64,000 nucleotides of DNA from a virus. Lineage: Duplodnaviria > Caudoviricetes. Positions 29,306-36,647 of this stretch are shown in pieces. Position numbers and translations under genes: made by a program. Under the pieces are notes generated by a model. It saw only the letters and a program-made list of their open reading frames with translations. It made no database searches and had not been told where the DNA came from. The stretch lies in the IMG/VR virus record IMGVR_UViG_3300045936_000212, positions 1,206 through 65,205 of that record; one strand, written 5' to 3'. Position 1 is the first letter of the stretch; every line of letters starts with the position of its first letter.

Positions 29306-29891
29306 TCTGCCCCGTCTCGCGCATCATCACCTGGGCCTGCTCTTTGAAGGTCAGACTTTGGAACCATCCAAGAGGATCGGGTGGGGGGCTGAATAGTTCT
29401 CCCACCGTGCAGTGGAGCGCTTCGGCATAGGCTTCGAGGACCGTCTGGTTGTATCGCTGCTTGCCGGTTTCGATCCGCGACAAGTACGCCTGTGTGAACT
29501 TGAGGGTGCCTTCTCGGAAAGGGATGAAGGCATCCGACATTGCTTGCAGCGACAGACCGTACACCTCCCGCCATTCGCGCAAGTAATGCCGCGGGCGCCT
29601 AGCAACGGGCGCGGGGGCCGGGGTTTCCTTTTTGGCGTCCGGGGTGGTCTTCTTGGCGGGTTCGCTATCCGATCCATTCAGCAGTTCAGCGAGGCTCCAT
29701 CCCAGAGCTTTGGCGATAGCGGTGAGTTTGTTGATATTCCAGCCAGTTTTTGGTTCGTCGTTGAGGTATGCCTTGTTGACCCCGGCCTCACGATAGACCG
29801 CGGCCAGCGACTTCCCGAGGCTCCGGGCGCGCTTTTGCGCGCGGAGTTTTACCCGGTTCTTGGCGTCGTAGTTATTTCTGGGCTGCGGCAT
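29172..29891 (-). CDS. Transcriptional regulator with two XRE-type HTH domains
   Basis: KSLAAVYREAGV..KLTAIAKALGWSLAELL and YLREWREVYGLS..YLSRIETGKQRYNQTVLEAYAEAL. Confidence 0.8.
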   Translation of the reverse strand: MPQPRNNYDAKNRVKLRAQKRARSLGKSLAAVYREAGVNKAYLNDEPKTGWNINKLTAIAKALGWSLAELLNGSDSEPAKKTTPDAKKETPAPAPVARRPRHYLREWREVYGLSLQAMSDAFIPFREGTLKFTQAYLSRIETGKQRYNQTVLEAYAEALHCTVGELFSPPPDPLGWFQSLTFKEQAQVMMRETGQITSPQDRPSAQTRSAPAGSPGSPASPSGSSRTGSPAKRRRKGSE

Positions 29892-30270
29892 AGCGGTCGA
29901 GTTCTTCCGGCTCGAAGCGCCGCTTGGATCGCGGCCCCCGGCAGGTCAAGCGGCCGGCATTGACCTCGCGTCTGATCTGGTCGATCGACAGCCCAAGGCG
30001 CTGACCGGCCCCCTTCTCCGACAACAGCAGTGGTTTTGGTGGTGGCGGGTCGGCCAGCACGGCGTCGAGCTGTGCCCGCAGGTCGAGCCACCCGACCGCC
30101 GTCTCAGGCGGCTCCTCGGCGACCCAGAATTTGACCCCCGGCACCGCCCGGAAGCGTTCCCGCATGCGGTGCGCGATCCGCTTCGCCTGGCGCTCTGTCA
30201 GCCCATCGACGCCGGGGTAGCGCGGCGCGACCACCGCCCGCTCGCCGTGATAGCGCGCCAGCACGATCAT
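29872..30270 (-). CDS. Protein with C-terminal excisionase-like HTH
   Basis: LLLSEKGAGQRLGLSIDQIRREVNAGRL..RRFEPEELDRY; start inferred from ATGA overlap. Confidence 0.65.
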   Translation of the reverse strand: MIVLARYHGERAVVAPRYPGVDGLTERQAKRIAHRMRERFRAVPGVKFWVAEEPPETAVGWLDLRAQLDAVLADPPPPKPLLLSEKGAGQRLGLSIDQIRREVNAGRLTCRGPRSKRRFEPEELDRYAAAQK

Positions 30271-30776
30271 GCCGGGACCCACTGCGCCGCCGGCTGGCGT
30301 ACCTCCTGCGGCGGCGGCTTCTGGCAGGACAGGATGTAAAAGCCGGCTGCATTCAGGAGATGGAATCCCACCGTCAACCCGAACACCGCGTCGATCGGCG
30401 GCATGAAAAACATCACGACCTGCCCGATCAGCAGCGCCAGCGTCACCTGGCGCGCCACCACCAAGAGAACGCGGTTTATGTTCGCGTGCCCCAACCGGGC
30501 GTGAAGGGCAGCCCGCCAAACCAACGGGCGCCAGACGCCGGAAACCAAGAGCCATGTCAGCCCGACGAACGCGCCGATAAACGGATGCCCCTCAGCCTGT
30601 ATTTCGTGCATCCTTACCACGCCGTAAACGAGCAACAGGATGCTGGCGATCTTCGTCAGGTTGGCTCCCAGCTTGATGTGATCAACGCCCCAGCGCCGGC
30701 CGAGCCAATCGACTACCGGCTGCGCCACCCGGTCCAGCAGCCATAAGTCGAGCTGATGCGGCGACCAGCGTTTCAC
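30267..30776 (-). CDS. Multi-pass membrane protein
   Basis: About four hydrophobic segments; coupled to neighbours. Confidence 0.7.
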   Translation of the reverse strand: MKRWSPHQLDLWLLDRVAQPVVDWLGRRWGVDHIKLGANLTKIASILLLVYGVVRMHEIQAEGHPFIGAFVGLTWLLVSGVWRPLVWRAALHARLGHANINRVLLVVARQVTLALLIGQVVMFFMPPIDAVFGLTVGFHLLNAAGFYILSCQKPPPQEVRQPAAQWVPA

Positions 30777-30982
30777 CTGGGAACCACCCTGACCTCGCTG
30801 CCGGTGATGATCGAGCGATAGACGCCGTCATCGCCGCGCAGCACCGGCATCATGCCGACGTGCCCGTCGAGGATCGATTCAAACCCCAACATCAACGAGG
30901 CGCCATTTGGGGACGCCATGATCACGGTGCCGTCGACCCGGCAGCCGGCGCAGAAGATCGTCACCGCGTCGCCGGATTTCAT
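30773..30982 (-). CDS. Hypothetical protein
   Basis: 4-nt overlaps at both ends. Confidence 0.65.
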   Translation of the reverse strand: MKSGDAVTIFCAGCRVDGTVIMASPNGASLMLGFESILDGHVGMMPVLRGDDGVYRSIITGSEVRVVPR

Positions 30983-31191
30983 CCGGCCTCCAGATCGAAC
31001 ACCACGACTGCGGCGGGTGGCATGGTGGTGTCGAATCCGATGTCGTCGAGATATTTTGAGACGATGGTCAGCGCGGTGACGTCAGAGCCCGGCGGCGGGG
31101 CGCAGATGGTGGCGATAAACTTCGTGTCCCACCAGACCTCGATGACGGCGTTGCCGTGGACGGTGTGGACGCCGGGGCGGAAGGTCATCAT
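30979..31191 (-). CDS. Hypothetical protein
   Basis: MMTFRPGVH start overlapping the upstream stop (TGATG). Confidence 0.6.
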   Translation of the reverse strand: MMTFRPGVHTVHGNAVIEVWWDTKFIATICAPPPGSDVTALTIVSKYLDDIGFDTTMPPAAVVVFDLEAG

Positions 31192-31601
31192 CAGGTCTGC
31201 TCCGTCGATGGATCGCTGCTCGTCTTGAGCTGCACCGACGCGTCGACCGCGGCGAGCTGCTGCTTCGCCCATTCGACTGCCTTGGCGTGGCCCGCCTCGG
31301 CCTCCTCCCAGGTGGCGTAGCGTTCCTGATAGCCCTTGAAGTCCGGGGTGATCTCGCGGCCGAGTACGATCTTCGGCTCGCCGCCAAAGACCATCGTCTC
31401 GAACAGAATGGCCGGCGCATCCGGCTCTATCGAAAAACTGTGATCGAGCCCGAGGAACACGGTCGAAACGTCGAGCGGCCCGACCTCCGTCTTGCCGACC
31501 GTCCACTCCTGCGTGCCATACTGGGAACCTGCGGCCCACTCCTCCATGCTGCACGGCACGGCGAGCTTGCCGATCAGCTTGTAGTGGCGCGGTCTATTCA
31601 T
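31191..31601 (-). CDS. Conserved phage hypothetical protein
   Basis: VSTVFLGLDH..LFETMVFGG..RYATWEEAEAGH family motif. Confidence 0.8.
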   Translation of the reverse strand: MNRPRHYKLIGKLAVPCSMEEWAAGSQYGTQEWTVGKTEVGPLDVSTVFLGLDHSFSIEPDAPAILFETMVFGGEPKIVLGREITPDFKGYQERYATWEEAEAGHAKAVEWAKQQLAAVDASVQLKTSSDPSTEQT

Positions 31602-31843
31602 CGAGACCCCCTGACATCGCAGCCGGTCCAGTTAGGGACGCCGCCGATGGCGGCGCAGGCCCGGAACATTTCCGCCCTGGCGTTGCTTTCGGCCGATGTC
31701 ATCCAGGCGACCGAGATAAAAAACGACGCCAAGCAAATCGCGGTGCTGGCTGCCAGCGCGATCATCCGGAGATGGCGTGTGGGGTCGCTCGAACGAGCTT
31801 GCCACTGGCGGCATCCTGTTGGCGGCGGTCCCGGCATCACCAA
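31598..31843 (-). CDS. Small TM protein
   Basis: Hydrophobic segment; start uncertain. Confidence 0.5.
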   Translation of the reverse strand: MVMPGPPPTGCRQWQARSSDPTRHLRMIALAASTAICLASFFISVAWMTSAESNARAEMFRACAAIGGVPNWTGCDVRGSR

Positions 31844-32139
31844 AGTCCAGAAAGGCGCCCGGAGATAATGATCGTCATCCCCTGCGCCAGCGTGGCGATG
31901 ATGCTGGCGATGGCGACCGCGAGGATCAGCCAGCGCAGCCGCCGATAGTTGCGCTGCACCCGCTCCATCTCCCCGGCGAAATCCAATTGGTTCCGCAGCA
32001 GCAGCAACTGAAACCGGATGTAATCGACCAGCGGATGCAGCCCGAACGGGATGTCCACGTCGAGCGGATCGCGCTCGGGCGGCTCGGTCTCGCGGCGATG
32101 CCGGGCGAACGGCGTGGGGATGCTAAACCGGGCCACCAC
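31837..32139 (-). CDS. Small TM protein
   Basis: C-terminal hydrophobic helix; start uncertain. Confidence 0.5.
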   Translation of the reverse strand: MVARFSIPTPFARHRRETEPPERDPLDVDIPFGLHPLVDYIRFQLLLLRNQLDFAGEMERVQRNYRRLRWLILAVAIASIIATLAQGMTIIISGRLSGLW

Positions 32140-32380
32140 CCGGACCTCTCAGCACCTCGAGGAACAGCGGCTGGCCGGGGCGGCCTATGGGCTGCGCCCC
32201 GTCGTCACCGACAAACCGGACCGCCTGGCCGAAGATGATCACGAGGTTGTAGCGCGCGCCGCAGGCACGGCAGGTCATGTTCTGGCACGAGCCGCCGCGC
32301 GGCCCCGGCTCAAAATTCTCGACCGGGTCGCTGCAGTAGAGGCAGCCGCTAAACGCCGAGAACGGTTCCGGGGTCTTCAT
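32123..32380 (-). CDS. Zn-ribbon protein
   Basis: CLYC...CRAC. Confidence 0.65.
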   Translation of the reverse strand: MKTPEPFSAFSGCLYCSDPVENFEPGPRGGSCQNMTCRACGARYNLVIIFGQAVRFVGDDGAQPIGRPGQPLFLEVLRGPGGGPV

Positions 32381-32745
32381 TCCACGACCTCGATCGTAAC
32401 CCGGACCCGCTTCCCGTCGAACTGCGCAAAGGCGGCGTGCTGCTTCGTCTCGTCATAACTGTGCAGCCGCACGAAGAAGGCGTCGGGACCCGAGACCTCG
32501 GCGATCTTCGCCTGTCCGGAGTCCTCGGTCGTGGACTCGACCTTGCCCTCCAGCGTGCAGATGCCAACCGGCGGCAAGCCTCTTTTGCTGACGGCGCGCT
32601 CTGCGATACCGGCGATCATCCCCAGCGCCAGCGGCAGGTTCGGATCATCAACGCGGGCAGTGGCGGGCCAGGAATGGCTGCTCAGCGCCTGCCCCCGGAT
32701 CTGCTTCAGCAGGTCTATGGCGGTGCCGTCGACCTTGTCGGCCAT
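32377..32745 (-). CDS. Hypothetical protein
   Basis: AGGAG RBS before MADKVDG. Confidence 0.65.
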   Translation of the reverse strand: MADKVDGTAIDLLKQIRGQALSSHSWPATARVDDPNLPLALGMIAGIAERAVSKRGLPPVGICTLEGKVESTTEDSGQAKIAEVSGPDAFFVRLHSYDETKQHAAFAQFDGKRVRVTIEVVE

Positions 32746-32761
32746 GTCGGTTCTCCTGTTT

Positions 32762-33778
32762 TCATGATGATGCCGGCAGCATCGCCCAGCGGGCGACTTC
32801 GTCAAAGCGCTCGGCGAATTCCGGCCGGATTTTATATTGCCCGCTGTTGCCCCACATGACCCCGAGCTGCACCAGCGTTTCGGCGCAGCGCGGCGTGTTG
32901 CCCTTCTCTTTGCCCCTTATGCGCTCGATCGTGGCGGCGATCTCCTCGGGCGGCATCCGCTCCGAGACCTCGCCCTGATGGATCAGCCGACCGGCGAACC
33001 GGCGCAGGATGCGCTCGCCATACGCCTCCAACTGGTCGAGTTCAATCTCGGCAAAGCTCCCGACCGGCGGCAGCTCGTCCCCGGCCTTGTCCTCCTCCTC
33101 GGCCTTGCCCTCGGGCTTTTTGAATAATTCCTCGGGGTCGACCCAGCGCATCTCGCCCTTCCCGTCGAACACCGGGGCACGCAGCGGCGGCGGCGGGTCC
33201 TTTGCGGATTTGCGCAATTCCGAAAATCCGACGACCTTGCGCCGCAGCGGCTCCTTCGGGCGGTGTTCCCAGCGGTAGCTGAGCGCCTGCGGTGTCAGCC
33301 TGGGATCGTCGAAATACTGCGGGTGCCGGTTGGCGTAAGCCGTGATCTCGTCGATCTGGCGGCGCAGCGCCACCAGCGTCGAGCGCTGATGCGACGGCAT
33401 CTCGGCGTAGCCCTGGCGCCGGTACCAGTCGCGGATCCAGAGATTGTAGGCGCGCCCGGTGGTGGCTCCGTTCGAGGCCTGGATCGCCTCCTCACGCCCG
33501 GCCGCGAACTCGCTCACTGTCGCGACGATCGCCGCGAACCCGATCGGCACTCCGAGCGGGTCGCGGGTCGGGGGCGGTGTCTGGGCCTTGGGTTCGGCCG
33601 GCGCGGGCGGGGCGGCGGCGGTGACCCGGCGGGTCGGCGCGGCCTTGTCGCCGCCTATCCCCAGCCGGCGCCGGATCCAACCCTCAAGCGACAGCCCGAG
33701 ATTGCGGGCTTCGCCGCGGACGTGGTCGTACTCCCGTTCGTCGAGAGTGATTTCGAATTGGTGTCTGATCGATGCCAT
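32762..33778 (-). CDS. Hypothetical protein, possible N-terminal ribbon-helix-helix
   Basis: AGGAGGAG RBS; FEITLDEREYDHVRGEARNLGLSLEGWIRRRL. Confidence 0.7.
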   Translation of the reverse strand: MASIRHQFEITLDEREYDHVRGEARNLGLSLEGWIRRRLGIGGDKAAPTRRVTAAAPPAPAEPKAQTPPPTRDPLGVPIGFAAIVATVSEFAAGREEAIQASNGATTGRAYNLWIRDWYRRQGYAEMPSHQRSTLVALRRQIDEITAYANRHPQYFDDPRLTPQALSYRWEHRPKEPLRRKVVGFSELRKSAKDPPPPLRAPVFDGKGEMRWVDPEELFKKPEGKAEEEDKAGDELPPVGSFAEIELDQLEAYGERILRRFAGRLIHQGEVSERMPPEEIAATIERIRGKEKGNTPRCAETLVQLGVMWGNSGQYKIRPEFAERFDEVARWAMLPASS

Positions 33779-33807
33779 GTTGTTGCGGCTCCTCCTGTTG
33801 TTTGCTC

Positions 33808-33883
33808 TGGCAGGGGTGACCGGAATCGAACCGGCGAATACGGGCTGCACAGGCCCGCGCGTCTACCACTCCGCCACACCCCC
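33808..33883 (-). tRNA. tRNA with GTG (His) anticodon, atypical (no G-1, G1-U72, G73, C37)
   Basis: GGGGGTG-TG-GCGGAGTGGTAGACGC-G-CGGGC-CTGTGCA-GCCCG-TATTC-GCCGG-TTCGATT-CCGGT-CACCCCT-G-CCA; 76 nt with encoded CCA. Confidence 0.88.
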
Positions 33884-33887
33884 TTTC

Positions 33888-33963
33888 TGGTGGATCCGAC
33901 CGGACTCGAACCGGCACATCGGCGCGTTGCAAGCGTCGGCGTCTTCCTTTCCGCCACGGACCC
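33888..33963 (-). tRNA. tRNA with GCA (Cys) anticodon and Ala-type acceptor (G3-U70, A73)
   Basis: GGGTCCG-TG-GCGGAAAGGAAGACGC-C-GACGC-TTGCAAC-GCGCC-GATGT-GCCGG-TTCGAGT-CCGGT-CGGATCC-A-CCA; 76 nt. Confidence 0.88.
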
Positions 33964-33964
33964 G

Positions 33965-34084
33965 TCAAAAAAAACTCCTCACCCAGACGACGGCGAACCC
34001 GATCAAGCCCCACAAGACAAGTGACGCCGCGATGATGACGAGCGCGCCAGCGCCGTCCGTCAGCCTGTCGTCGGCGTGTGTCAT
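33965..34084 (-). CDS. 39-aa single-TM peptide (not in ORF track)
   Basis: GAGG RBS; MTHADDRLTDGAGALVIIAASLVLWGLIGFAVVWVRSFF*. Confidence 0.6.
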   Translation of the reverse strand: MTHADDRLTDGAGALVIIAASLVLWGLIGFAVVWVRSFF

Positions 34085-34088
34085 GGCT

Positions 34089-34685
34089 TCACCTCAGCTC
34101 CCGCCTTGCGGCGTCGATCGCGAGGTTGAGGTCGCGCAGCTTGTCGCTGCCTTCGCCCGCCTCGCGCGCCAAGGCCCGATAGACCGCCTCGGCGGCGGCA
34201 AGCGAGCGGGTCTCAATGTCCAGCACCTTGCGCCAGTCGAACGGGCGCTCGGGCGGCGGCAAGGCGCGGGCGCCCTCGACGGCGGCCACCAGCGAATAGG
34301 CACCGATCTCGTCGACCAGCCGCAGCCGCTCCATCGTGAGACTGAGCGCGCGCACGTTCTGCGGCAGTTCCTCGAACCGGTCGCAGGCCAGCACCATCAG
34401 CGCCGTGTCGCCGGTCACGTCCTTGCCGGCGAGGGTGAACCACAGCGCCGCACCGGGGTCGGCGTGCGCCTGCGCCCGGCCGACGTGCCAGCTGCTCAAT
34501 TGCCAGTCGACGATGCGGGCGTTGCGCTTTACCCGCTGCCAGCGCGTGACCTCGGCCTCGATCGTCGCCATCGCTTGGCTGAAGAGCCGCAGGCTGTAGC
34601 GCCCCTTCTCGCGCCGGTCGGCCGGCGTCCTGGCGCGGCCTGGGGGCCAGGCGAGCGGGTAGGGCGCGGGGAGGGTGGTCGTCAC
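34089..34685 (-). CDS. Phage DnaJ-like protein with a degenerate J-domain
   Basis: YPLAWPPGRART, LACDRF..NVRAL, WRKVL..YRALAREAGEGSDKLRDLNLA; the HPD motif is absent. Confidence 0.75.
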   Translation of the reverse strand: MTTTLPAPYPLAWPPGRARTPADRREKGRYSLRLFSQAMATIEAEVTRWQRVKRNARIVDWQLSSWHVGRAQAHADPGAALWFTLAGKDVTGDTALMVLACDRFEELPQNVRALSLTMERLRLVDEIGAYSLVAAVEGARALPPPERPFDWRKVLDIETRSLAAAEAVYRALAREAGEGSDKLRDLNLAIDAARRELR

Positions 34686-34951
34686 CGGAACCGCACTCCT
34701 TCGCCCTCGGTCGCCCAGATGCCCAGCGACTTGAGCCGTGCCTCGGCCTGGGCCAAGCGTAGCCGTTCACGCTGCAGTTCGAGGCTGAGGTCGCGCACCT
34801 GGCGCTCGGCATTAGCGGCGCGGCGGCGTTGATCGCCGAGTTCCCGGCGCAGCTTGTCGACGCCGCTATCCTCCAGCAGCTTCGCGATCTTCGCGTGCAG
34901 GGCGGCGATCTCGCGCCGTAGTTCCTTGACCCTGACCGGTGTCGTCGTCAT
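34682..34951 (-). CDS. Coiled-coil hypothetical protein
   Basis: ATGA overlaps; heptad pattern. Confidence 0.65.
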   Translation of the reverse strand: MTTTPVRVKELRREIAALHAKIAKLLEDSGVDKLRRELGDQRRRAANAERQVRDLSLELQRERLRLAQAEARLKSLGIWATEGEGVRFR

Positions 34952-35229
34952 GCGTCCCCCCGACAGGGGATCTTGACGCTGGTCGGGTCGTCGGCTCGGC
35001 CGGCTGCGGTGACGGCACCCTGCCAGCCGCAGATCTCGCAGCGCACCAGCCACGTCCCGACACCGGGCGCGGGGTACTTCAGAAATGCCGTGCAAAAAAC
35101 GCTCGCACCCTTGCTGATATCGTGCGCGATGCCGAACGGCCATTTCGGATCAGCAGGCGAGCGAGCCGGTTCTCGGCTGCGCCATTCCCATCGGATGATG
35201 AACTTGCCGCGCATCACGCCGGCATCCAC
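34948..35229 (-). CDS. Cys-containing hypothetical protein
   Basis: CEICG; operon coupling. Confidence 0.65.
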   Translation of the reverse strand: MDAGVMRGKFIIRWEWRSREPARSPADPKWPFGIAHDISKGASVFCTAFLKYPAPGVGTWLVRCEICGWQGAVTAAGRADDPTSVKIPCRGDA

Positions 35230-35465
35230 ACGGCGTCGCCGCCGGTCGGCATCATCTCGTCGTGCCTCGCGCGATAATAAGCGCGGCCAGCCGGCTTGCC
35301 GTCCTGTCCCGGCACCGGGATGTAACCGATGGCACCCCAGTCGCGCGCCTCGGTCACCACCATGAAGCAGTAGGCGAGCATCGGGTTCTGGGCGTTGTCG
35401 CCGAGCTGCACGACCTCGCCCACCCGCCAGGGCCGGGCACCGCTGTCGATGTCGTCGCGCGGCAT
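35214..35465 (-). CDS. Hypothetical protein
   Basis: GEVVQL..CFMVVTEARDWGAIGY; operon coupling. Confidence 0.7.
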   Translation of the reverse strand: MPRDDIDSGARPWRVGEVVQLGDNAQNPMLAYCFMVVTEARDWGAIGYIPVPGQDGKPAGRAYYRARHDEMMPTGGDAVWMPA

Positions 35466-35466
35466 C

Positions 35467-35778
35467 TCAAGCCCTCCCGGTCATTTCCGGCTGGCCTTCG
35501 AACCGGGCGATCATCTCCTTCATCAGGTTGACGACATCGCGCCTGTCGGCCCCGTTCGACATGTAGTTGCAGCGCCCCGTGTGATCGTCGAACGGGAAGA
35601 CCATCAGGACGAACCCAACTTTCCGAGCACCGCCCTTGGCGTCGCCGTTGAAGAACTCGTCGACGGCGTGCGCCACCGCCGTCATCTTCTCGTGGTACTC
35701 GGCCTCGACCGGCGCATCGCCCAGGCGATCCTGCGGCTGCTGCTGCCGGAACTCGCGCCGTCGCTTGCTCTCGCCCAT
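35467..35778 (-). CDS. Conserved phage hypothetical protein
   Basis: GFVLMVFPF..RCNYMSNGADR family motif. Confidence 0.75.
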   Translation of the reverse strand: MGESKRRREFRQQQPQDRLGDAPVEAEYHEKMTAVAHAVDEFFNGDAKGGARKVGFVLMVFPFDDHTGRCNYMSNGADRRDVVNLMKEMIARFEGQPEMTGRA

Positions 35779-36155
35779 CAGTTCGGTTTCCCTCGTCGGT
35801 GCAGATCGCCGTAGAGCGCATTGGCGGCGTCGTTCGCTTGGGCGGTCTCTTTGAGGAACGGCGCTGCCTCTTCCAGCGTCAGCCAGGCGCTGCGCCCGAG
35901 ATCGATGCTCCATTCGGTCGCGCCGCAGATCGCGCACCACGGGTTGATGGCTTTCGCCTCCAAGGCCTGCCGGGTCTCCTCGCGCAGCGGCTCGACCAAT
36001 CTTTCCTCGGCTTCCTCGCGGGTCGCGGCCTCGCCGGCCGCCGCCATGATGCAGTGGCGCTGCGGGCACAGGCACTGCGCGATCCACACCCGCACCACCG
36101 GGGCGGTGGTCGCATCGTCTGGGAAGGCGCGCCGCCGTCGCTTGGCTTCACCCAC
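35778..36155 (-). CDS. Zn-binding hypothetical protein
   Basis: CLCPQRHC..WCAICG; MGEAKRRR start like its neighbour. Confidence 0.65.
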   Translation of the reverse strand: MGEAKRRRRAFPDDATTAPVVRVWIAQCLCPQRHCIMAAAGEAATREEAEERLVEPLREETRQALEAKAINPWCAICGATEWSIDLGRSAWLTLEEAAPFLKETAQANDAANALYGDLHRRGKPN

Positions 36156-36345
36156 CGGTCTTCTCCCGGTGCTTGGCGGCGTCCCATTCCATGACGTGCT
36201 TCAGGAAGAGCAGGTCATCTTCCGACCAATGCTGCATCAGCTCCGGATCCTCTTTGATCTCGCGGTCGAGCTCAGTCACCACATCGCGGAACCGTTCATA
36301 CGGGGTCAGCGATCTGGCCCGCAGGCGTTCCGCCTTGGTCAGCAC
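36148..36345 (-). CDS. Hypothetical protein
   Basis: GTG start overlapping the upstream stop. Confidence 0.55.
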   Translation of the reverse strand: MLTKAERLRARSLTPYERFRDVVTELDREIKEDPELMQHWSEDDLLFLKHVMEWDAAKHREKTGG

Positions 36346-36647
36346 CTCGGCCTCGCCCGGTAATGCTCGATCAGCGACGCCACGGTCTGTTGATGGAGTG
36401 CGAGCATGTCGGCCTGTAGTTCCTGCGTCGCCTCCGGGTTGTCCTCGACGCGGTGACCATCGATCCAAATCGCCACGAGGTCGGCGAGGATGGCCCCCTG
36501 TAAGAGGCTACCCTTGCCGGCGAGCAGCGGTTTGATCTGCTCCACCGCAGCATCCGAGTCTTCGCGCAGCTTCTCGATGCCGCCGGCATCCGCCAGCAAC
36601 TCGCTAAGTTCGCGCAGCGGCTCCGAGACGGCAGCGGGTGCGGTCAT
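36339..36647 (-). CDS. Hypothetical protein
   Basis: ATGA overlap with RecT. Confidence 0.65.
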   Translation of the reverse strand: MTAPAAVSEPLRELSELLADAGGIEKLREDSDAAVEQIKPLLAGKGSLLQGAILADLVAIWIDGHRVEDNPEATQELQADMLALHQQTVASLIEHYRARPRC

